Source of the DNA: Octopus vulgaris
Lineage: Eukaryota
Length of the DNA stretch: 64,000 nt
Direction: 5' to 3'
NCBI GenBank assembly: GCA_951406725.2
Contig: OX597814.1
Location: 196,912,001 to 196,976,000, forward strand
The notes under the pieces were generated by a model. That model ran no database searches. It was not told the DNA's origin and worked only from the letters and a program-made list of their open reading frames with translations. Below are positions 54,546 to 64,000 of the stretch, piece by piece. The position numbers and the translations under genes are program-made. Positions within the stretch are counted from its first letter, which is position 1. Each line of letters opens with the position of its first letter.

Positions 54546-55241
54546 TCCCATAAGACCGAACTCGTACAAAATTAGCACCCTATATAGTATGTTTCTCGCT
54601 TTGAAATTAATATTGGCCAAAAAACACTTCTGTTCTCCTTTGTATATTGCAAAGCTTTTCACCGTCAATTTTATTGAATATTATTTGTTTTATTATATTC
54701 GCAAATCTTTTTCATTTCCAGCCATTAATTTTTCTATTGTTTCCTATGATACCGCGTATTTTGTTTCAACTCCTGCTGCCCGTAAATACGTGATGTATAA
54801 CTCTTCGTCTATTGTCCTGCTGTGCTTTCTGTACCACTTACCACGTCTTTCATTTTTCAATTATCTACTCATCCTCGTTCTTACCACCTCCTCTCTTTCA
54901 CCCTCTCTGTTTCTCTCTCCCTTCCTTTCACTCTCCATCTTTTCTGACCTTAGATCTTATTTCTCTCTTTGTAAAAAACGCCTATCCCACAATATCACTC
55001 CCACTAAAACGCCTCCTTATCGTCTGCTACCATACAGACAGCGACACCGTGTTTCCGATTCCGTTTTCGTTCTTTGATGTCATCGTTACAGCTTCAAAAT
55101 ATTTACATTACCACCATCTGTTTTCAATCTTTCGCGTTCCGTTATTAATCTATTTACTTTTGATATATACGTACGTACCAACGTATGTATGTATGCCTGT
55201 CTGTATGTCTCGTCTATATTTTAGTTATTATAAATCTTCTA

Positions 55242-55494
55242 CTGAGTAGGGAGCCGGTTTCTAACAAAGACACATCTTTGGGATGTAGCTAACACAGACA
55301 AATTCCCATTCGGAACTTGAGAAAACTCTTGCATATTTTTATCGTTCCACTCACAGATTGCACTTGTAATGTACGAATCAGCTGGTCGATTTCTCTTTCT
55401 GAAAATCGCAGTTTATCCAGATTCTCCTTTAAGCATTTACTTACAAAATCTGGTGTTCCAATTACAATTGGTTTGAGTATGAATTCATAGTCTG
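55242..55494 (-). pseudogene. RLE-type non-LTR retrotransposon 3' end in a (TACA)n context
   Basis: DYEFILKPIVIGTPDFVSKCLKENLDKLRFSEREIDQLIRTLQVQSVSGTIKICKSFLKF resembles the RLE C-terminus (PIVIGALG..LQ..GT..). Confidence 0.7.
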
Positions 55495-56563
55495 TATGTA
55501 TGTGTGTGTTTGCATGTATGTATGTAGGCGGGCGCGTGTTCATTTACTTAAGTGAATCGACGTGACATCTTGTCAAAAGGTCCGAGTTGGTAGAGTCAAT
55601 CCAACGCTAAAGAGAACGCATTGTGCTCCAAAATACTGCGACCCTTATATTTGGTTTTTTCGAATTGTCATGGTTGACAATTACAAAACCGTTTGATTAA
55701 CCCTGCACAAACTAGGAGCGTAACATGAAATGAAATCATATGCATATATATGTGTGTGTGTGTGTTTTAGCACTGAGTCTTCAGTTCACTGCCTCTTATG
55801 GCAGGTATAGTTAAAGCTAGTGAAGTTAATTACGTAATTCCTGTTCCCTTGACACTCGTTAATTAATGTTACGCTCTGCACTCGCATACACGTGTTACTC
55901 TATTATAGGATAAGTATATTGAGTTCTAACAACCTCGGTGCCAAAGCGAAATTACAATACATCTACGCATATGTAAGTTTATATGTGTGTATGAGTGTAT
56001 GTGTTTATGGGTATGTAGAGAGTGAGAAAAAAAGGAAAGTGAGATGGATAGCGAAAGAATGAAATAGATACACTTACAAACAAAGAGGGAGTGAGAATGT
56101 GAGGGATTGAGAGAAAGCGAGTGGGCACTTAGCAAGTGGCAGGTTGATTTATTATAATCACTTAACAGCTAACAGCCTCTTCCTGGTTAATAAATGCATA
56201 CGTGTTATATTGACCGGAGTTTATTATTAGTAACACATAAGAACAATGGACTATCAGAATCGGTACAATGCCGGAGCAAATGTGTTGCGCTATCACTTAG
56301 TATCTGTTATGTTCGGGGATTTTCTAATCTCTACGATGTGGATTAAGGATCGGTTTAATGCTGGTTCTATATAATGTCTCAGTTTTAAAGCCTTATGCTG
56401 TGGATTGAGACGGTTCGGGGCAGTTGCTTGGACGCAGACGATTTGGCAGACTGACTGGACTTTTCAACATGTTTTAGTGACAGTCGTTTTGGGTAGAGGA
56501 CGCAAACACACATTTCACACACACACACACAGGTTGTGCGCTAAATTGGTGCGGGTGTGTATG

Positions 56564-56603
<40 letters not shown>

Positions 56604-56605
<2 letters not shown>

Positions 56606-56907
56606 GAGGCACAATGGTCCAGTGGTTAGGGCAGCGGTTGTAGGATCCCGGTTTCGATTCCTAGACCGGGCGTTGTGATTGTTTATTGAGCGAAAACACC
56701 TGAAGCCCCACGAGTCTCCGGCAGGGGGTGGTGGTGAACCCTCCTGTACTCTTTCGCCACAACTTTCTCTCACTCTTTCTTCTGTTGGCTCGCTCGCTTA
56801 GCCAGCGGGGCGGCGTCATTTGAAGGCTAAAACAATGCGAAGCGCATTGTGACCAGCGATGTGTAGAAACGTCTGATATCCTGGTCGGTCACGGTGATCA
56901 TGGTGAT
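56604..56907 (+). mobile_element. SINE family C, tail type 2
   Basis: TGGTCCAGTGG..GGTTTCGATTCC head; tail CTGATATCCTGGTCGGTCACGGTGAT. Confidence 0.9.
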
Positions 56908-57185
56908 GTGTGTGTGTGTGTGTGTGTGTAGACTGTTTGAAGCGGTGTACAGATTTTGTACATTGAGAAAAAGGATGCAGTCAGAAATTTGGGCTAAACC
57001 ATTATTAACGCTTTCCTTAATTTTGATTTTCTTTTGAGGAATTCGTAAAACGAACGAAAGCGCCAGTAAAGGATTATCCAAAATTCTGACTGCCTCCTTT
57101 CTCTCAATATGTGGTGTGGGTATGTATGTGTATACGAATATATGTATATATTATATACATATTATATATATATTATATACATACG

Positions 57186-57417
57186 TAGAGGCGCAATGGC
57201 CTAGTGGTTAGGGCAGCGGACTCGCGGTCGCAGGATCGCGGTTTCGATTCTCAGACCGGGCGTTGTGTGTGTTTATTGAGCGAAAACACCTAAAAGCTCT
57301 ACGAGGCTCCGGCAGGGGGTGGTGATCCCTGCTGTACTCTTTCACCACAATGGCGGTGCCCCAGCATGGCCACAGCTCAAGAGCTGAAACTGGAAAAACA
57401 AACAAAAACAAACAAAC
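57186..57417 (+). mobile_element. SINE family C, tail type 3 (GGCGGTGCCCCAGCATGGCCACAGCTC..GAGCTGAAAC)
   Basis: Same head and body as 9051-9438; tail resembles the family-B tail. Confidence 0.9.
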
Positions 57418-57500
57418 ATATATGCATAGATGTACATATAGATATATATTTATATATATGTACATCTACATATAGATACATTTGTTTATATATGTATATA

Positions 57501-57547
<47 letters not shown>

Positions 57548-57791
57548 CTCTGTGTATGTGTGTGCGTACGATATAAAATTATGTTTTATATTATTATGTG
57601 CGTTTACCAGTTTTACTGTAAATATATTGGTATTTGTTTCCACAAGGTGAGTTTTATCCACGCAAAATTGAAAAGAGAATCCCATATCTCCGAAGAGTTA
57701 ATGTATGGCGAAAAGGCTTCGTATAACGGAGCAATGTGGATAAATAGCATTCGGCTACCAAAAGCGAAGTAAAAATATTGATTTTAGTCTA

Positions 57792-57833
57792 CAAGAAACT
57801 CTGAGAGTTTTACGTCGCTGCTCATCAGTCGCC
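57792..57833 (-). ncRNA. degenerate hammerhead-like motif
   Basis: CGA-CUGAUGA-GC(AGCGAC)GU-AAAA-CUC(UCA)GAG-UU-UC; G12>A. Confidence 0.35.
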
Positions 57834-58303
57834 TCTGCCTGCTGATCGTTCACTGTTTATCGGTTCATGAATATTTCAGCTTTATGTTTGTCTAGGAATT
57901 TGGTCTTCCAGCCTCACAACACCCGACCGCCATGCTCTTCCATATTTTCTCTCTTTGGCGAGGGCTGGAGCCTGAAATATGTTTCTGCCAGAGCTACGAG
58001 CGATTTCTTTGATATACACTTTGGTCACTTCCCACCAGCTAAGAACCATCTCATTGCCGTTCTTGCTAGTATATAGTGTCCCGTTCGTAGGACGAGTCCT
58101 GTCAGCTGCATTCTCCGGCCTTCGTCTTGTCTATATGTTTGTATGTATGTATATATATTCAATGGGTTTCTTTCAGTTTCCGTCCACCAAATCCACTCAA
58201 CATTTTTAGTCGGACCGAGGCCGTAGTTGAATACACATAGCGGGATTGAACCAATCACCATGTGGTTAAGAAGTAAGCTTCTAACCGTATAGCCACGCCT
58301 GCA

Positions 58304-58392
<89 letters not shown>

Positions 58393-58402
58393 TAGATAGA
58401 TA

Positions 58403-58745
58403 TGTGTGTGTTTATATATATACACTTGTATGTGTTTATATATATATATATATTCACTTGTATGTGTTTATATATATATATACACTTGTATGTGTTTATA
58501 TATATATATACACTTGTATGTGTTTATATATATATACACTTGTATGTGTTTATATATATATACACTTGTACGTGTTTATATATATACACTTGTATGTGTT
58601 TATATATATATACTTGTATGTGTTTATATATATATATATACACTTGTATGTGTTTATATATATATACTTGTATGTGTTTATATATATATATATATATATA
58701 CACTTGTGTGTTTATATATATACACTTAAGTGTTTATATATATAT
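58403..58745. repeat. minisatellite (TA)n-CACTTGTATGTGTT, ~12 units of variable length
   Basis: Direct reading. Confidence 0.95.
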
Positions 58746-59813
58746 ATACCCTTATATATACTCATATATATGTGTGTGTGTGTGTACAGGCACACATATA
58801 TATATATATATGCATGCGTGCATGCATATATACATACACACGTACGTACATATCCAATAAGCAGTATATTCGCGTATGCTGGAGTGTTTTTGTTTGTACA
58901 TGGATGGGTGTGAGTGCGTAATGAATATGTAAATATTTTGTGTCTGCATGCAAATATAAGAGAATTGCTTTCTAAGGACGTGTATAGAAATTAAATGTAT
59001 AAAAATACTTTAAACAGCAACAAAAATAGGGTAGGTTAAGAAAAGAAACATGTGTTATTTTTCCTGAGATTAAGTAGAACAATTAGCTAAGGGAAAACGA
59101 ACAAACAATCAATTAACGACTAGTTTTGTGTCGCATCGAAATTATAGAGAGAGCAGACTTGTCTAACTATTTCTGTATATCTCTCGTATACACATCAATA
59201 CACATATAACCGTATGAACGTATGGATACGCAATGATGTAGTGCTGGCGTGGGGGCGTTTACGATAGATTATGAATATTTAATTATGCAATTGCGTGTTG
59301 CATATGGATGTTCTCGAGTAAGTATTATGGTTACTAATTACGAGCCTACAATCAGAAAGAGAAAAACATAACAGTCAGAAATAAATTTTAAATCCGGTTT
59401 TTCATGTATTTTTCTCTCTCTCTCTCACTCTTTATTTGGGGGCTGTTAAGTGTAAATCAACACCACATCAGGGTAATTGGAAATACGTTACAACGATTAC
59501 AACCGATAAATAAACAATAATGCTAGCGATAATGGTATAAAATTATTCCAATTCGTTCTAGGTTTTTGCTGTTTTGCTTTTCACACTTGTTTTCTACAAG
59601 ATATTTTGTGATTTTTGCAAAATCGCCCACCAATTGTGGCCGGCGTTGGGAGACTCGGTAATATAATGCATTCCGGTACTTGTTCGGTTTTTTTTTTTTA
59701 TCATGAGTTCAAAACTTGCCGAGATAAAATTTGCTTTTCATCTATCCCAGATTGATAAAATAAGGCACCGATCAAGTGTTGCAGTAGATTTCAACGACTA
59801 ACATCTGTTCAAA

Positions 59814-59845
<32 letters not shown>

Positions 59846-59846
<1 letters not shown>

Positions 59847-60210
59847 GAGTGAGTGATCAGAGCATGCCATCAAAGTGACACTGGGGTGCAATTTATGAAA
59901 CCGAGTATACTCATCATGACTACCCGTCTGTTAAGGGTACACCAGAAACATGCATCACAACCATATGCATGGCCACACCCATCAAGTTTATCTTTTCTAG
60001 TTCACGGAGATTGGAGTTTTCAGGGAGTTGCTTAATATACTTCTCAGCTCTTGCTGATTTGAAGGATTGTGCGAGCTGTATCAGACCTCTTCTACTTATT
60101 TCTTGGGAGATAAATCTTGTCTACATCTGATTTTGGATGGTGCATTCGGTACCTTGTTAAGATTATATTGATATGTCCATCCATATTCTGCATGTCAGTG
60201 AGACTTCACT
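59846..60210 (-). pseudogene. internally deleted R4/Dong-type element (RT thumb fragment + 3' end)
   Basis: Minus: LTDMQNMDGHINIILTRYRMHHPKSDVDKIYLPRN..RGLIQL; (TAA)n tail. Confidence 0.8.
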
Positions 60211-60228
60211 TAATGATATTATTATTAC

Positions 60229-60942
60229 TGAATGAGAAAGCAGTGCATTCCAACAAAGTTATACTGGGGTTAAATATACGAAGTCCAGTATACCCATCAT
60301 GACTACCCGTCTGATCAGTGTACACCAGACACATGCATCACAACCATATGTGCGCGACATGGTGTTATCATATCAACATAAACATCGCATGATCTTGCAG
60401 GTGGGGCCCAGTTAGAATTTTCTTCTGGTCGAGTAACCCATCCCGTTCAAAAGGCTCCTGCATAAGGATTGTTTAAGGATGTTGAACAAAAACGACCGTG
60501 TTTCTAAAAGTGAATTATCCAAGCCCCAAAGAATTCCTTTCAATACAAGGTTACGATGCACCCCCAGTGCTTCTGCTCATGATCAGAGGTGCACATATTG
60601 TCAGCCACTAAAGGATATGCTCAACTGGCCATGGTCAAACAACTGATAAGCAAATCTGCTATATTAAGCAGAATATTTGCTGTAGCCCATCTTTTATACC
60701 AAGACAAAACAATGCACCCCCAGTGCTCTGCTCATGATCAGAGGTGCACATATTGTCAGCCACTAAAGGATATGCTCAACTGGTCATGGTCAAACAACTG
60801 ATAAGCAAATCTGCTATATTAAGCAGAATATTTGCTGTAGCCCATCTTTTATACCAAGACAAAACAATGTACATGCTACCACTTCCAGTCAGTTTAGATC
60901 AGAAGCCATGCGAGCCACTGCCTGGTGCTGAATCAGGGCATT
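60229..60942 (-). mobile_element. non-coding (TAA)n-flanked element sharing its 3' end with 59846-59975; internal ~155-bp tandem duplication (60556-60869)
   Basis: CATCATGACTACCCGTCTG..GTACACCAG..CATGCATCACAACCATATG is present in both; duplicated ORFs at 60589 and 60744. Confidence 0.75.
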
Positions 60943-60958
60943 TTATTATTATTATCAT

Positions 60959-60989
<31 letters not shown>

Positions 60990-62012
60990 TTCAGTAGTTG
61001 TAGCCTTTTTCAGCAGGCGTAATATTGAGACCATCTATTGAACTACTAAGCTAAGGCTCAATGTGCCATGTTCTATGTTCAGCTTTTGTTGTGTACTTTC
61101 TATTGTATTAAACTCTGCCTTTCGTGTGTGCAGTGGCCTGTAATGTTATTTCCTGCTTATTGTTACATCTGTCTCTGTTACAGAGTTTTGCATATGTATT
61201 TGTTGTTATGATTTATAAGCATTCTCAAGACACCTATTATTATAGGGATCGCTTTTCTTTTATCTGTCAACACTGAATAATTCTGCTTTCAGATCTTATA
61301 TTTGGATAATATTTTTCATTTCGTTTAGATATATTGTTGTTGATGTCGTTGTTAATATTATTTCCTTCTTCATTACTAACTGCGGGCTTATTTTCATATC
61401 ACTTGCCTAGTTTCTGGATTTTACCAGCTGAAAATATACCGAGGAGTAATTTTTGAATTTACTTCCTTAAAGCAAATAGAGGAGAGGGAGCTTTCCTCAA
61501 ACTGGATGGCTCCTCCTTTAGATGCTCTAAAAACGAAAAATACCTCTTTTGAAACAGACTTTTTTTGGTGTGGGGTAGGGTTCACATATTTGCCTACTCA
61601 CACAAATAAAACTATATAACTGCTGAATCGCCTACATTATCAAAAATAATGCAACTGATAGAAATCTACAGTCTGTAGCGACATGAACTACAGAAATATT
61701 TTCCTTCTCAAAAATATCTGCGTATACATACACACAATAAAAATATTTCACACCACGTTCCAAATGCTTAAAAATACATGAATGATAATTCTGTATACAA
61801 TAACAATAATGCGAACAATTCCAATGACACATTTGGAAATAGCTGTACCACAATCAACAACAATACACACACGCTTCAATATCTCTCTCCATATAAATGG
61901 GTGTGTGTTTGTGTGTGTGTGTATGCGTGTCTATGTGTGTGTCTGTGTATGTATACGCAGATATTTTTGTGAAGGAACATATTTCTGTAGTTTTTAATAT
62001 TGGCATGAAATA

Positions 62013-63270
62013 AGGTAGTGAGCTGGCAGAATCGGTAGCACATCGGGGAAAATGCTTAGCAGCATTTCGTCTGTCTTTGTGTCTTGAGTTTAAACTCTAC
62101 CGAGGTCGACTGACTTTGATTTTCATCCTTTCGTGGTCGATAAAATAAGTACCAGTTGAGCATTAGGGTTGATGTCTTCGACTTACACCCTCTATAATTT
62201 TGCTGGCCCTGTGCCTTAATTCGAAAACAATATTAACATCATTCGTTTACTAATGTTAGTAGATACATAGAAAGGCTAGATATGTACCATCTGGCTGGTA
62301 GGATGAAAATAGTCTTCTGGCGGAAAATCTTGTTAGCACTATGAAATTAAATACGTGGCCCTTTGCCGGACACAACCAAAGAAGAATGAGTAAGGAAATA
62401 GTAAATTATTTGTGCCCTTTCTCCCAGTTTATCGGGATTCCTTGCGCCCTCAAAAAGGATATGGAGCTAGTCCTGGTCTATAGATGCAGCAACCTCTCCT
62501 CTCTTAGGGGAAGCAGATCAAATCAAGGTTAAAAACTGTGAACAAGGAGAGGGGGAAGATAATCGAGTACATCATACGATAGCCAATAATTTTGTTTTCC
62601 GATAATAATTTACATCTCACCGAGCTGAAATTTGCTTTTCATCATTCTGAGATGATAAAATAAATTATCAAATACTAGAGTCGATGTAATCGACTTGTCT
62701 CTCCTCTCATTAAAATTGTTGGTCTTGTGCCAACGCCAAAATTGGAAATGATAATTAGCTGGCCAGTTCGTTAGCGGACAAACTGCGTATCATCATTCCT
62801 TCCGGCTCTTTGCAGCCTAAGATCAAATTCTACCGAGGTCGACTTTGATGGTCATCTTTATGAGGTCGATAAAATAAAATAGCATTCATGTACTGGAGCC
62901 AAAGCAATCGACTATGCGCCTCCCCGAAAAACTGCTGGCCTTGTGCCAAATTTTAAAATAATTAAGGCGGTAAGCTGGTGGAATCGTTAGAGCGTGCGAA
63001 AAAATGTTTTGCACCTCTTCATTCGGTTTCAAGTTTTCAGTTCAAATTTAACCAGAATCGTCCTGAAAAAATAAGTACCAGTTGAGCATCAAGGTCGATA
63101 TAATCGATTGGCCTCCTGTCGCCGAATTTCAGGCATTGTCCATTGAGAACAAACAATAATTATTTTATTGTCTCTTTAACACAGGTTTTGTTGGAGCTCC
63201 AGGAGTCATGCATGCGTAACGGCCATACAATCTGCAGCCTACGGAACCATGCTATTCGCTCTTTTCAGCT

Positions 63271-63324
<54 letters not shown>

Positions 63325-64000
63325 GTATCATTATTAGGGGGGAGAGCTGGCAGAAGCGTTAGCACGCCGGGCGAAATGCATAGCCGTATTTCGTCTGCCG
63401 TTACGTTCAAAATTCCAACGAGGTCGACTTTGCCTTTCATCCTTTCGGGGTCGATTATATAAAATACCAGTTACGCACTGGGGTCGAAATAATCGACTTA
63501 ATCCGTTTGTCTGTCCCTGTTTGTCCTCTCTGTGTTTAGCCCCCTGTGGGTAGTAAAGAAATAGGTATTTCGTCTGTCTTTACGTTCTGAATTCAAATTC
63601 CACCGAGGTCGACTTTGCCTTTCATCCTTTCAGGGTCGATAAATCAAGTACCATTGAATACTGGGATGTATGCGATCGACTGTTCCCATCCCCACAAAAT
63701 CCAAGCCTTTTGCTTATAGTAGCAAGGATTATTATTATTATTACTATTTTTATTATTATTATTATTATTATCATTATTATTATTATTATTATTATTATGA
63801 GGGCGGCAAGTTGTCAGAATCGTTAGCACGCCGCCAGGCGAAATGCTTACCGGAATTTTGTCTGTCTTCGGGTTCTGTGTTAAAATGCTGCCGGGGTCGA
63901 CTTTGTCTTTCATCCTTTCGTGGTCGAGAAAAAAAGCACCAGTTAAGTACTGCGGTAGATGTAATCGACTTAACCTCTTCCCCCAAAATTCAGGCCTTGT
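62013..64000 (+). mobile_element. cluster of at least 6 co-oriented SINE family A copies
   Basis: Heads or bodies at ~62013, 62615, 62757, 62966, 63337 (dimeric) and 63800. Confidence 0.85.

Overview
Repeat-dense, AT-rich, non-coding metazoan DNA. The SINE families and very high microsatellite density suggest an octopus (coleoid cephalopod) genome, but this is an inference. No intact host protein-coding gene is visible; almost all listed ORFs are microsatellite or SINE read-through. Contents: (i) dozens of copies of three tRNA-derived SINE families, including a ~231-bp tandem array with A/B alternation and several tightly inverted pairs; (ii) decayed non-LTR retrotransposons, namely R4/Dong-type RLE elements all sitting in (TAA)n tracts, another RLE element, a CR1-like 3' end and a zinc-knuckle ORF1 element; (iii) DNA elements, namely a Helitron nested in the CR1, a Helentron-type HINE, Tc1/Tigger MITEs and a TIR element with internal TTAGGG; (iv) the most striking signal, at least 8 type-I hammerhead-ribozyme-like motifs in short elements mostly next to (TA)n tracts, several inside long palindromes (Penelope pLTR/retrozyme-like). 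One of these looks intact, one hairpin carries a hammerhead on both strands, and one family has a variant core. A TACTAAC-polyY-CAG|GTAAGT site at 3124 suggests the window lies within a very long + strand intron or UTR. All calls are from reading the sequence by eye; no searches or folding were run.
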